A DNA stretch of 64,000 nucleotides from Prorocentrum cordatum (lineage: Eukaryota), in NCBI GenBank assembly GCA_963575745.1, contig CAUYUJ010000137.1, forward strand, positions 1-64,000, given 5' to 3'. A program made the translations under genes and the position numbers. Under the pieces are notes generated by a model. The model was not told the DNA's origin. It did no database searches and saw nothing but the letters and a program-made list of their open reading frames with translations. Of this stretch, positions 11,898 to 24,270 are shown in pieces (within the stretch, counting starts at the first letter, position 1; each line of letters starts with the position of its first letter).

Positions 11898-13405
11898 GGC
11901 GATTATCATTGGGAGGAGGGAGGCGCGAGCGGGAGGAAGGAGGAAGGAGGAGCAGTCGGAGGCGTCAGAGTAATAACAAGAACCCCAATCCTTAGGATAT
12001 GGGGAAAAATGCCACCTTCCCGCAACGACCGGCGCGTAAGTAACACCAGTCCTGTGGACAAACGCTGAGATGGCCTCGACTGCTCGCTCTGTCCCCTGCT
12101 CGTCGCCGCCCTGAGTCCTGATGCAAGAATTAGCTATCGCTCGGACGCCCATTCCCCGTGCATTGCTCTGTTTTGTTTTGTTTGTTGTTTGTTCGCTTTC
12201 GCAGGATGATCCAACATGCTCTTCGATGGTGTCCCCAATGGGAAAACATGCACACGCCCGAAAGATGACAAGGAAAGTCTCTCAAAAAACGATTGCCCCC
12301 CCCCCCCCCCCCCCCAAGGCCACTCCGACCGACGTGGTACCATGTCCGCCGACCCCCGTGTGCCGGGGGCGAATAGGCGTCTGAGATATTTGGCTGTCTC
12401 CCTACCCGTTTTTCCCCCCGCGTCCAAAGTGCCATTCTGGGACGGGGGGGCGAGCTCGTCAACGCACCCATGGGGCCTCCGGGGCCCCCGAAGAGCCACA
12501 AAACAGCTCAACAAGGCCCAAACTGAGCGCTGAGACAACCGAAGAGAGCACCACGGCAGCCCAGGGTAGTCCCACGACGATCCAAGATGGCTTCAAATTG
12601 GCTCGAGGCCCCCAAGAAAGCCCAAGAGCGCGTCCAGAAGGTCGCCAACAAGGCCCAGGAGGCCGACGTCACCCCATACCCTAGGAAAAGGCAAATAATT
12701 ACGTTTGCAGCACATTCGCATTTTACGCGTCGGCAGCGAACGCGAGGCTCAAGTGGCCCCCAAGATCGCCCCAAAATGGCCCATTACGCCTGCAAAACAC
12801 CAGACCCAAGACGGCCCAAGAGGGCCCAATGGCAACAATGCATGAGGTGGACATCGCGGGATGTAATTATGGAAGTGCCGGAAAAATGCGGGCGGCATCT
12901 TCTATCCCGATGAAATAAGGGATCGGTAGCTGCGCTTGCGATCCGGGCAAACAGAGCGCCGGCCGCTTGAACGACAAACGGCGGCGCGGACGACCGCCAC
13001 GCTCGGGAGGGGAGGGGCGAACGGTGGCGAGCGACGAGCTACATCTTGCGAAACGGCGCTGCAACGCGCACGTCGCCAACAGGAGACGACTTGCAACTCC
13101 GACCAATACTTGGGGGCTACAAGGCCCACGCGTAACATAAGTATGCGTCATGGCGCGCCGTGCCCGACTCGATCGGGCGCCAGAGTCGAGTGAAATTAAG
13201 TGTATGGCAGGCTGGGAATGACGTGCATCCGCCCATAAAGCGCAACGAACCAGCGTGGCCTCACGCATCCACATACAGGCCCAGAGCACAGAAGACAAAA
13301 GCAAAGGCGGCAACATAGGTTTCAATCTGGCGCGCCCCCGAGCAAGGGATGCACGCACCGCCGGCCCGCTGAGAGCTTGATCCAACCTTTGATGTCGAAG
13401 TCCTT

Positions 13406-13555
13406 TTAGTAGGGCGCGTAAATTCTCTGCTCGCGCTTGAAGGGCTGCGAGCCCGCCACTACTTGTAACAACAGGTAGCGGTCTATCCTGCCATTGGTAT
13501 GACCGTCAGCAATCATATCCCGCGCGTCGCACCATCGCATGCTATGCGCGAGAGA
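13406..13555 (-). pseudogene. Ty1/Copia pol C-terminal (RNase H) fragment
   Basis: WCDARDMIADGHTNGRIDR matches the Copia RNase H end motif W...xMxADxxTK; nothing else of the element is recognisable. Confidence 0.65.
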
Positions 13556-13849
13556 ACGCGTCCGCGCCGCGCACCCAAAAAGGGGGGGCCGTCGGCTTCT
13601 GCCCCCTGGGCCTGCCCTGACGAAGCACCTCCCCCCCGCTTGTTTTCCGCCCACCGGGAGCTACCCCCCCCATTGCGCTCCGGAAGCTGCCCTGCGGGGG
13701 GCTCAACTGCCCCCTCCCTCCCTCCCCTGGACCTCCCATGCTGGACCCCCCCCCCCCGTTTCGCGCGCCGTGCCCCACCGCCGCCCGCCTTGTTCGAGCC
13801 CCCTCTGCCGCCCCCCCACCCCCCCAAGCTGATGAGGGGGGGGCCCTCG

Positions 13850-15370
13850 GACTCAAGGAAGGGCGCCGAAGACCAGAGGGGCCCCGAAGGCCAACGCGCC
13901 GCCGCAAACCAACGAGCCAACGAAAACCGAAAAAGTGGGGAAACCACGGGGCGCCGCCGGAAACCGAGGAAACGCTGAACACCGAAAGGGCGCCGAAAGC
14001 CATGGCGGCGGCGAAAACCAAAACAGAAACGAACCCCAAAGGGACCCCGACAACCGAAGGGGCGAAGCACCGCCGAGAACCAGAAGAGCGCCGAAAAACC
14101 AAGAAACGCCAAAACAACAAAAGGCGCCGCGCACCAACGAACGCCGGAAATCAATGAGGCGCCGAAAACCAAAAAAACTAAAACTTGCGGGGCGCCAAAA
14201 GCAATGGAAACGCCGATAACCAAAAAAGCTATGAAGCCCGAGCAGCGGCGATAACCGAAGCAGCAGCGAAAACCAAGAAGCACCCGAGCCCAAAAAAGCC
14301 GCCGGTAACCAAACGGGCGCCAGGAACCAATCGAGGGCGACACCCAACGAACCGCCAAACGCCGAGAGGGCATCGGAATCCAGAACGCCGCCGAAAACGA
14401 AGGGAACGCCGCAAACCAAAAATGATACCGAAAGCCAGAAGGGCGCCGAATGAACGAAGGGACGTCGGAGACCAAAACGGTGCCGAAATGTGCCTGGGCG
14501 CCGGGAGCCGACGCCGAAAACCGACGGGGCGCCGCAAACCATAGAGCGCCGGAAACCCAGGGTGGGCAGAAAACCAAAAAGGATGAGCGCCACCGACAAA
14601 AAGCTGGTCGCAACGAGGCGCGCCGAAAAACAGACATGCGCCAGGGGGCAGAAACGCGCCGAAGAACAAAGGATCACCGAAAGCCAAAAGGGCGCCGAGG
14701 GCAAAGAGGGGCCTCGAGCACGCGTGGAGCTGCGAAACTCACAAGAATCGCAGCGAACCAACGGTGCGCTGACAACCAGCGATGCGCCGAATACCAAACT
14801 GGCGCCGACAAAAAACCACGGCGGCGCCGATGGCCGACGGGGCGCCAAAAACAAAAAGGGCGCCGAAAACAACGGGCGCTCCGAAGACGGGCGCGGCCCC
14901 GAAGGCAAACGGGATGCCCAAAACCAGAAGGGCACTAGTTAGAGACCGCAGGAGCGCCGACAACCAAAGGGGCGCTGAAAACCATAGCGGCGTCGACAGC
15001 CGCACGAGCGCCAAAAACCAACGACGCACCGAAAGCCAGAAGGGGCCCGACAAACCCAAGACGCGCCAACGACCAATGGGGCGTCGACGAAACAAGGGGC
15101 GCCAAAACGTCAAGAGCGCAGATGTCCACAGCGCGCCCGAACATGGGCCGTCAACCGCGGGCGCGCCAAACACCGCGGAGCGCCAAGAACCCGGACGGCG
15201 CCGGACATTAGCAGGGGGCACCGGAAACAGAAGGGCACCGAAAACTCAAAGAACGCCAGGAACCACAAGGGCGCCGGAGACCGAGGGGGCGCCGAAAACC
15301 AGCGACGCGCCGAAAACCATGAAGGGTGCCAAGAGAACACAAAAAAGAAAGCCAAAGACCTGCTGCGCCG
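13850..15370. repeat. Degenerate short-unit minisatellite based on GGCGCCGAAAACC
   Basis: Many diverged GGCGCCGAAAACC(A) units; explains the overlapping low-complexity ORFs here. Confidence 0.85.
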
Positions 15371-17814
15371 ATTGGGCGACCTGCTGCCCGTATCCAAATA
15401 GACAGTTGGGGCGGCGCCCCCGGCGCCCAAAGCGCGCGCGGATGCGGGCTCTGGGCCGGCGGCCGACGCAGCCGCGCGCGGCGTCTCGCACTTCTGCTCG
15501 CTCACGAGTGCGGCGACTTACCGAGCGCCGAATGCTCTTGCCAGAGTCGTCGCGATCGAGGTTCCGCGGACGCCGATGGCGCCCCGCCGCTTCGGCGCGC
15601 CCGCGCGCCAACCAATGGCCCAGGTCTTCCAGCGCCAATGGTGGCGGGCCGCCCCGGCCGCGCGGCGCCCCAGCTGGGCCGCGCGAGCGAGCGCGCGGGG
15701 CGCGAAAGGCCGTGCGCGAACCAACGCGAGAGCTGCCTTGCCCAACGTCGAGCACCCCGTCAGCTGTCACGTCAGAGGGCGCCCCCGTGCACCCTCTGAC
15801 GTGACAGCATGTCCGAGCATGCTGGCTGCCCGAGCATGTCCCAGCGCACTGCATTGGTCATGGGTTTCATTCGTGTCCCTGCGCATACCGATCGCTGCGT
15901 CCATGTAAATCGGCCTCGGCGCGACCTCGCGCGGCCGGTCGTCTGGGGCAAGTAGCCCTGCGCCACGTAGGTCTTCAGCGGCGGCAGGGATCGTCTCTTT
16001 CCCTGAGAAGTCGCCGCCGCTCGCCCTCATCTCGCCCTCGAACTCGTTGATCGGGACATCGATGCCGACATATGGCATGGGCCGCGGCGTCGCGCGCGGG
16101 CATGCTGCTCGCGAGGAACGATCGCACTTGTGCCCCCGCAGATGGGAAGTCGAGCGCGGAGAAATCGACGTGCCCGACGTCTTCCGCGCATTCTTGAGCC
16201 GTCGCAAGGGCAGCGACATCACCCTTGCCGCGACCGCGCAATCGTCGGTCACGGCGCCCACTTTTGCCGCGCCCCTTACCACGACTGTCATGGACTTCTC
16301 GGATTGCCCCGCGGACCCGTCGGATAGGCTTCATGACGAACAGCCGCCGTCGTTGTTTGCGCGCGGATAACCCAGAAACAAATACTCAGCGGCCCCCGCG
16401 TCTCCTAGCCCGCTGGGCATGTCGGTCACGTCTGAGGGTTCGACCCCTCGAATTCCCATTGGGGGCCTAGCCCCGAAGGGCGGTCTGACTGTCCGGCGCC
16501 TTGCAAGAAGCAGGGTTAGCAAGCTGTCCCCAGCCTCCTAACGATGATGATGCATGACCTGCGTCAGCTCCCTGGTCAGCTAACTGCGGCTTCCCCTGGG
16601 CAGCGTGGGACGTCAACCCAGATGTTGGCGGGCGCGGCCGCGCCCCCGCCGGCGGCGGCAATGTTCGCGCTCGCGTTGTCGCGCCCTCCGCCCCCCGGCA
16701 ATGCGTTGCCGAGATTGCCAGGCGCGCGCTCGGATGCGTGACCGAATCTGCGCATGCGGCCCAGCAACTCATCGCGTCGCTGCATCGCTCGTGCCATTCA
16801 GCCATTCAGGGGGTGAAGAAAACGAGCAGCTCTGCCAAAGCCGAACCTTAACGCTGTGAAGATCACCGCGGGCATGGCACGCCCTACGAAACCGGCTACA
16901 AGACGGACGAGCCCAAACCAAGCAAGTATTGAATCCGTTCCCTCGCCCAGATCGGGCCCGAAGTCGATAATCGTCGTTCCCGAGACGAATTGGCGCTCAT
17001 CCTCTAAGTTTTCGGACTTGGCGCCAAAGAGAAACATGATGTATGTGACCGAATCCGTGTGGACCCCCTGTATAGGCGCGCCGTAGTCGATGATCTGCGG
17101 AAGCATCCGCATCACGATTGTGCGAACTGCCCCACCTGCGCCACGCTGCAGGCACGCAGCCTACTGTTGTGGTATCGCGCGGGCACTAGTGACATCCGTC
17201 CACGCATCAACTTATCGAGTGACAGTAGGGAATAACGCTACCGCCTCCGTCGTTGTGGTTGCCACGAGGCGTATAATCGATAACGCGGCCGATGCGTAGC
17301 CAGGACATCGAAACTATGAGAGGATTCAGGTACTGCTTCCATGTTGGGTCGTAGCTGGCGTTGGAAATTGTCGTTGGTGGATGTGGGGGCACGTCATCAT
17401 GCTGATTCCGGTTTAACGGTGAAGCGCTCCGTCGAAAAAAGAGTAGTTGATATAGTAGCTTGTTCCCAAGCGCATGATACATCAGAGTGGGCTGGCGTCA
17501 GCGCCATGGCGCATAGGCTGTTGGTGGTAGTCAGGCGGGCGCCACACGTAGGGGAACAAGCATTCCCGCCACTGGCGCCTCCGCCTGTCATCCAATAGTC
17601 GCGCTCTGGCATCGCAGTGACATTAGCGGCATACCGTGCCGAGCCGTGGACCAGGAGTGCGACAAAAATAGCTGACCACGCGTGGTAAGGCAAGCTCCTA
17701 TGCCATCGACAAATGTAGCAGTGGTGGTGCCAACTAAATCTAAGAGGCATCATCCAAGAATGCGACGCTGTTCCAGATGCAATAACATATCGATAGATGC
17801 GCTAACGATTCGGG

Positions 17815-18006
17815 TACGGCAGGTTCGTGTCGTGCCGACCCCAGCGTTGGTTTTTGACACCGCAGGGATCGTTCAACCTTGAACGATCGGCCGCTGCCGC
17901 AATGTCCGATCGTTCAACATCGATCGATTCTGGGCCGCCGTCGGCGTTCAACCTTGAACGTCGGCGGCGGGGTCGCCGCCAGTCGACACGACGCGAACCT
18001 ACCGTA
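17815..18006. mobile_element. MITE with TA flanks and internal palindromes
   Basis: 17814-17839 and 17982-18007 are inverted, 23/26 identical; TA at 17815-16 and 18005-06. Confidence 0.7.
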
Positions 18007-19338
18007 CATAGATAGAGCGCCGACCCCTCGAACAACAAACGGAGGCGCGGACGCTCGCCAGGCATGCTTGCGTGCTACCCAGCATGCTGACCTACGTTCA
18101 GAGCAAGACGGCCCCAAGGGTGGGCCAAGACGACCCAAGACAGCCCCTGGGGCGCCCCAAGGAAGGCTCCAAGAAAACCCAAGAAGGGGAAAACGAACAG
18201 ATAAATCAAGTTGTTTCTGCCAATATGGCTCTCCGAAACCCGCAGAGGCCCCCGAGGGCCCTCCAGAAGGCCCCAGCGTGCCTCCAAGACGCCCCCGAAA
18301 AAAACCCAGAGGCCGCAACGAGGCCCCACAACACGTGCCCCCGAATTTCTCCTAGAGGCCGCAGAGAAGCATCCCAAGAGACCCTCAGATTCATCCAGGA
18401 GGCTCCTGGCCCAGAATATCACGTCCACGATCGTATCAAGCACTCGCTCTTTGCGGGGGTCACCGGAATGGCGTGAACCACCTGAATAGAAGGCCGGACA
18501 GACATCAAACTGACATGTGGGCGGGAGGGAGGGGAGAGAAGCCTCCCCCTCGTGCCCGTCCCTCCCCCGAGCTCCTGGCGCCGCCCTTCTCTCTCACGCC
18601 GGGCGCCTTCGCCTACACTTACGTCGGGCACTGGGCACCTCCCCCCTACAGGCAGATTTTTGAGGAAAAGATAAACATAACCAAGACGTCCACCAAACGT
18701 ACTAAGAAAGGTAGAACTTCGCCCCCAAACAGTACTGACAACTTTTTTTTTCAATATTCCCCTGCAGAGGGACACGCCCGACTCGGGGATGGACAGACCC
18801 CCCTTTAGTAAAACGCGGTTTAGTGAAACGACCTGAGGCCCAAACCTGGCGGGCGCAAGCCTGGAAAATAACGGCCACGGCGCCCTCTCGAGAACCGAAA
18901 ACGGACAATTCACTAATCGACGTGTCACTGTTGGGGGTTCTGTCCACCCCCGACCGACTTGAGCCTACACTCGGGGGCCCCAGGCCCTCGCGGCCTGCTG
19001 CGCTCTCGGGGGCTGCCGCAGGAAGATCGGGCCGGGCGGCGGCGGGCGCCCCGAGGGGGCATGCAGCGGGGGCGGGCCTCCTCGGGAGGCTCGGAAGGCC
19101 TCGGGCCTTCCGGCTCTCGGGGCCCACCAAAGGGGAGGGGGGGGCCCTGAGAGGGGGGTGGCGTCGATCCGCTGGTGCACCGGACTTCCGAAAAACGGTG
19201 CCCCCCGCGCGCCCCGATCGTCGACGCCGCTCGGGCTCCGGCGGCGGCCGGAGGGGGAGGAGGTCCTCTTTCTCCTCGTCCTCCTCCTCCTCCTCCTCCT
19301 CCTCCTCCTCCTCCTCCTCCTCCTCCTCCTCCTCCTCC

Positions 19339-21302
19339 GCTTTGATAACCGCGCTTCGTGGGCTGGTGCCCGGGGGCCGATTTCTGCCGTCTGGCTGTCT
19401 TTGCTCAGGGTGGGGTGGGGCATGGTCTCCCCCACGGGGAGTTGGTCGACCTCCTCCAGTTTTGCCCGTGGGCCGTGCGCAGGTTTGTTGAGGAAGGAAT
19501 TCGTCGGTGGCAGTCGGCGCGCATCTTGGAGCACCTCCCTAATGGTTCGCAGGCGTCGTGATGGAGGCGAGCCATGCGCCGCTCGGTGCTCAAAATACGC
19601 GACGCGAGCAGGAGGGGAGCTCTGAGGGCCCTCTGGGCCGCTGGCGTGTGGACACCAGTTCGTCTACATTCTATCCAGCTCCGCCCGACCCCCGAATGTT
19701 TTGTCTGCCGTCAGTGCCCGGGGACCGAGGCCCACCAGTGGTTTGGATGCCCCGTGGTCCTGGATGTCCCCGAAGATGAGCGGCCGCCCGATGATGTCCT
19801 GGAGCATCGGGAGGCCATGATTTCGAATCTCAGCAGCCCGCTCGACGGAATCGAGACGTTCTATCTTAGCTTTGGGCTGCCGCCCTTGCCGCCTTTTCCC
19901 GCTGCTCCTGCGAGCTCGCAACCAGTTCTTGGGTGGGGGGATTGGCGCGGAGTGTGGGGGCGGAAGGTGTACACGGACGGGTCTGGGTTGGCCTCCTCGC
20001 TCCCAGGTCTCACTCGATGCGGTTGGGCGGTCGTGGAGCTCGACGTGTCGGGGATCATCCTCCGAGCAGTTTTTGGAGCGCTCCCAGGCCCAGTCCAGAC
20101 TGTCCCTAGGGCTGAATACTATGCTTGCCTGATGGCGGTCAAGTGTGCTGGTTGTTCGGTGCACATCGTCTCTGACCATCTGTCTGCTGTCAAGACGGGC
20201 TCAGCATGGGGGCCCCATAACGAGTCGGCTCGCTCCCGGCATGCTTCGGTCTGGAGGTCCATGCATGTTGCCAGTGGTAGCTCGGACGAGCACCCTACGT
20301 TTCAGTGGGTGCCCGCACATCGTTCTGCTGAAGATGTACTGGGCGATTTGTCCGCTGATTTTCGGGATTTTGTTGGCAATGAGTGGGCTGACCACTTTGC
20401 GAAAAAAGGCGCTAGGTCTCATATGGTTGCCCAGGTGCTCCAGGACGTCCATCGGCAGCGTTTGGTCGAGGCCCAGAAGGACGCCCAAGTGTTTTCATGG
20501 ATGGCCCGCACAGTGGCACGGAGTGTCGATGAGCTCCAGCCGCGCGCTGGTGCACCAACGCCCAGACGAGCACCCCCTCCTGCCCCAATTGTGGCCCTTG
20601 AGACCCATGAGTTCATGGTTTGCGACCGGCTTTCTGAACATAGTTGTCGCGTCTGCAACCATTGGGCTCGGACCCCTGCCTCCTTGAAGGCGCTGCGCGC
20701 GCGTCCCTGCGCGCCCTCCCCTTTGCAGCGTGCCTCGGCGGCCAGGTACTCCAATCTCACTCCTGAGACCTACCGCCACCCCTCGGCCGCAGTTGCCGAA
20801 GCCGTGCGTGCTGCCCGTGACCTCGAGGAGGCGTCTGGCCCCGAGGCAGGGCGCGTCGAGGGGCAGCGGGTTGATGTCGTCGCCGTCGGGGGGGTCGACG
20901 GGGAGGTGGATTTGTGCAAGGAATTGGACCACGTTGCCGAGAGGTTCGGGTCGGTGGTCGTCTGTCTTGCGTGTGGTGCCTATTCCGTTGCTGGCGGCCG
21001 CGACAAGAAGTTGCAGCAAGCCAGATGCAAAGGGCATTCGGACGTTGCGTCCACTCGCGCCAACGAGGAGATGCATATCTCTCGTGCGATGCGCGGTTTT
21101 CATCCTCGCACTGGTGCCTCTTGCACCTAATGCCACCCTCGACGCCTAGTCTCCTCTGTTGGCTTGGCCGATGAGGTGGGGACGCAGCTGTTGAGGAAGA
21201 ACTGTGCTTTGCGGCGAGCTTCATGCCCTGTAGTGCAGATTATGTGTTTCACGCCGCTGGGGCGGGTCCGTTAGCTCGGACTCGCGCTTCCATCGCTCGG
21301 TA
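19339..21302 (+). mobile_element. 5'-truncated LINE (LINE B) flanked by (CCT)n on both sides
   Basis: Post-RT motif GPISAVWLSLLRVGW, then Zn finger, RNase H and 3' UTR; (CCT)n at about 19272-19338 and 21303-21378. Confidence 0.85.
19574..21130 (+). CDS. LINE B C-terminal region: Zn finger + RNase H + two H..CxxC..C fingers
   Basis: CFVC..HQWFGC; YTDGSG, QTVPRAE, IVSD, WVPAH, GNEWADHFAK; CRVC and CLACGAY repeats. Confidence 0.88.
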   Translation: MRRSVLKIRDASRRGALRALWAAGVWTPVRLHSIQLRPTPECFVCRQCPGTEAHQWFGCPVVLDVPEDERPPDDVLEHREAMISNLSSPLDGIETFYLSFGLPPLPPFPAAPASSQPVLGWGDWRGVWGRKVYTDGSGLASSLPGLTRCGWAVVELDVSGIILRAVFGALPGPVQTVPRAEYYACLMAVKCAGCSVHIVSDHLSAVKTGSAWGPHNESARSRHASVWRSMHVASGSSDEHPTFQWVPAHRSAEDVLGDLSADFRDFVGNEWADHFAKKGARSHMVAQVLQDVHRQRLVEAQKDAQVFSWMARTVARSVDELQPRAGAPTPRRAPPPAPIVALETHEFMVCDRLSEHSCRVCNHWARTPASLKALRARPCAPSPLQRASAARYSNLTPETYRHPSAAVAEAVRAARDLEEASGPEAGRVEGQRVDVVAVGGVDGEVDLCKELDHVAERFGSVVVCLACGAYSVAGGRDKKLQQARCKGHSDVASTRANEEMHISRAMRGFHPRTGASCT

Positions 21303-22043
21303 CCTCCCTCCTCCTCCTCCTCCTCCTCCTCCTCCTCCTCCTCCTCCTCCTCCTCCTCCTCCTCCTCCTCCTCCTCCCCTCTCCACCACCTTCCCCCCTC
21401 TAACTTCTGGTGGTGGTGGTGGGAAACGGGCCCATCATTCCTGCTTCTCCCAAGATAGACGGCTTCCCAGAAGGCCGGAGGGCTGCCGTCTGAGGAGGCC
21501 TGCCCCCTCTCGCTGCCCTCTTTGGCGCGCCGCCGACCCCAGAGCTCTGGTCGTGCTTCCTCGCCATGCTTTGCGCGTCTTCGCGTCGTCGGACCTCACG
21601 GTCTTCCCCGCCCACCCCCCCGGAGGATCGCTGAGAGCTGGCGGGTGTTGAAAGACGTATCGGGTGCCGCGGCCGTCCCAAAGCGTCCCAGAACGCCCTG
21701 AGAACGTTCTGGAACGATTTGTCCACATCCCAGGCCTACCTGGCCCTCTCCTTTCCCAGTCCTTCCTGTAGAAACTGCTTCCCGACTCTGTGCTGGCTCA
21801 GGCGACTGTAATTCTTCAGTGCGCGACAGTCACCCCTGGCACGTTGAGGCGAGGCAGAATGCTAAAGGAGTTCTGCAATCTTCAAAGAAGAAGCCCCACC
21901 TTCTGGTCACGCAGTTCTTCGTGCACACCCCTCCCCAGGCATCATGATTGACACCACACCCAAAATACACTCACGACAGCTCGAGATCGCCCTAAATTGG
22001 CCCAAGATGGCCTCAAGACGGCCTGAGATGCCATCAGAATTGT

Positions 22044-22228
22044 TCGGGGGCGGCCAAGAGGGGGGCGTCCAAGAGGGGGGGTGCAAATCATGGCTGGCGG
22101 CATGTGCGCGGCCCAGGGGGGGGGCAGGCACGTAATGAAATACGAGGAGGCGCCATGAAATCTGGGGAAATATCATGGCCCGCCCCTTGATACCCCCCCC
22201 CCTACACGCCCCTCTTTGCCGCCCCCGA
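22044..22228. mobile_element. Small MITE-like element
   Basis: Inverted ends TCGGGGGCGGC(C/A)AAGAGGGG, 19/20 identical; TSD unclear. Confidence 0.55.
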
Positions 22229-22929
22229 CTTGTCCCAAGAGGACCCCCTGGGCCGGATGAGATCATGTTGAATTCATTTTTCCATGTGATACTGAAAGAA
22301 GCTCGCGTCCTCACCTTACCGCGTTTCCGTCAGCCCAGGATGGCTCAAGAGACCTCCAGAATGGCCCCAAGAGACCCACAAGAAAGCCCCAAAGCGGCCC
22401 GAGAGACTCCCCTCTCCTGGAGCTTCGACCAAACCACAAAGGACGACGTCCTGAAGGGAAGCCTGTTTCACGCAGTAGGGATAAAATTGGCAACGTTTAC
22501 GCGTGCGGTGGGGAGCACGCTAGACATGAACACGATAGGAAAACCATGTCCTCGCTCGTACAGCCGAAGACGGTGCAGGTACGCAACACAGACCCAAGAA
22601 GAGCGAGGATGAGCGGGGGAAGGGCAAAGAGAGCGAGGGGAGAGGGGAGGGCGGGAAGGAGCCAACGGAAATGGAAGGAAAGCATAGCGAAAAGGAACAT
22701 AGTCGAAACTACGTCCTGGTGTATGGCTTGAAGACATGCAATATATGATCCTGGCCGAAACCCAACCATACGCATGTGTGAATACCGCAAGGCAGATGGA
22801 ACAAGTTGGAGGGACGAAGCGTGTGGGGAGGGCGTCTAAATCTGCGGTGTGTGATGGGTGTGCCGAAATGGGCGGGGCGTCCACTGGAGCTCCCTGTGGG
22901 GTCGCGAAACGTATGAGGTGTCTGCCGAT

Positions 22930-24095
22930 ATCCCACCAGCCCTTTGGGCGTGAGTGGTTTAGAGAGCCCGCTCTGTTCTCAACCCCCCTTCTTCCCCTTC
23001 GGGGAGGGGTTTACCCCTCCCCCTACCCCCTCCCCCTGGACCTGGACAGGGGGCCCGGCGGGTCGTCAGGGGGGTAAATTTCGACTCCTGGGAGGGCCAA
23101 AAAACGACGACCCTCACGAGAATTCTGGCCCCGACGGGGGGACGGAGATAGGCCCCTCTGCTCTTCCTTGAAGCCAAAATCATTGATTGTACTACGGTTT
23201 TGGCCCCATTTTGGCGTCCTGAGGGGGCCGCGCTCATCTTCCTTCATAGCAAAATCATTGATTTTACGAAGGTTTTGGGCTCATGTTGTCCTTCTCAGGG
23301 GGCAGCTCTCATTTGCGCTTCTGAGGAGGTCGCTAGAGGCCCCAAGATGGCCCCAAGAGGCCCCCAGGAGGCTCCCAAGAGGCCTCCAAGAGGCCCCCAA
23401 GAGGCCCCCAAGCGGCCCCAAGAGGCCCCCAGAGGCCCCCAAGAGGCCCCCAAGAGGCCTCAAGAGGCCCCAAGAGGCCCCCAAGAGGCTCCCCAGAGGC
23501 GCCCAAGAGGCCCCCAAGAGGCCCCAAGAGGCTCCAAGAGGCCCCCAAGAGGCCCCACGAGGAGCCTCGAACGACCCGAACGCCTCACACCACGAGGAGC
23601 CCGAACGACTCACACCCGGACGAGGGGCCCGAACGACTCACACCACGAAGAGCCCGAACGACTCACACCACAAGGAGGGGCCCGAACGACTCACACCAGG
23701 ACGAGGCGCCCGAACGACTCACACCACGAGGAGCCCGAACGACTCACACCAGGACGCGGGCCCCGAACGACTCACACCACGAGGAGCCCGAACGACTCAC
23801 ACCAGGAGGAGGAGCCCGAACGACTCACACCAGGACGAAGGGCCCGAACAACTCACACCACGAGAAGCCCGAACGACTCACGCCAGGACGAAGAGCCCGA
23901 ACGACTCAAACCACGACGAAGAGCCCGAACGACTCACACCAGGAAGAAGGGCCCGAACGACTCACACCAGGACGAGAGGCCCGGAGATATGCGGGGGCAG
24001 GCGGAAACACGCCTGAAAAACACGACTGTCGGCATGCTTCGCAAGAGTTGCTGTTTTGAGATGGGCTGGTGGGGATACGCGAAGCGTGAAGAATT
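22930..24095 (+). mobile_element. Non-autonomous Helitron2/Helentron-like element, copy 1
   Basis: 5' ATCCCACCAGCCC pairs with subterminal GGGCTGGTGGGGAT (24063-24076); 5' hairpin 23001-23022; 3' ACGCGAAGCGT hairpin then GAAGAATT; interior made of GGCCCCAAGA and CCCGAACGACTCACACC repeats; second copy at 39541. Confidence 0.75.
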
Positions 24096-24124
24096 CAGCG
24101 TTGGACAAACCTCCCTTTCGTACA

Positions 24125-24270
24125 CCTCCCCTTAATGAAAACGGTCTGGGACCGAAACCGACGGACCTGGACCCGCAAGAATGACGGCCGCGACGCCCTC
24201 TCGTGAACCGACAACGGCCAATTCCTTAATCGACGTGTCAGGGTAATTAGGAGGTCTATCAACCTCCGAG
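24125..24270 (+). repeat. Dispersed repeat homologous to about 18798-18950
   Basis: Shared ACGGCC.CG.CGCCCTCTCG.GAACCGA.AACGG.CAATTC..TAATCGACGTGTCA in the same orientation. Confidence 0.7.

Noticed and set aside
13513..15804. Many overlapping 150-370 aa ORFs on both strands
   Set aside because: Products of a degenerate minisatellite with no domain motifs
23570..23980. CCCGAACGACTCACACC repeats as a CRISPR array
   Set aside because: Intervening sequences are short and related to each other, there are no cas genes, and the array lies inside a eukaryotic non-autonomous element
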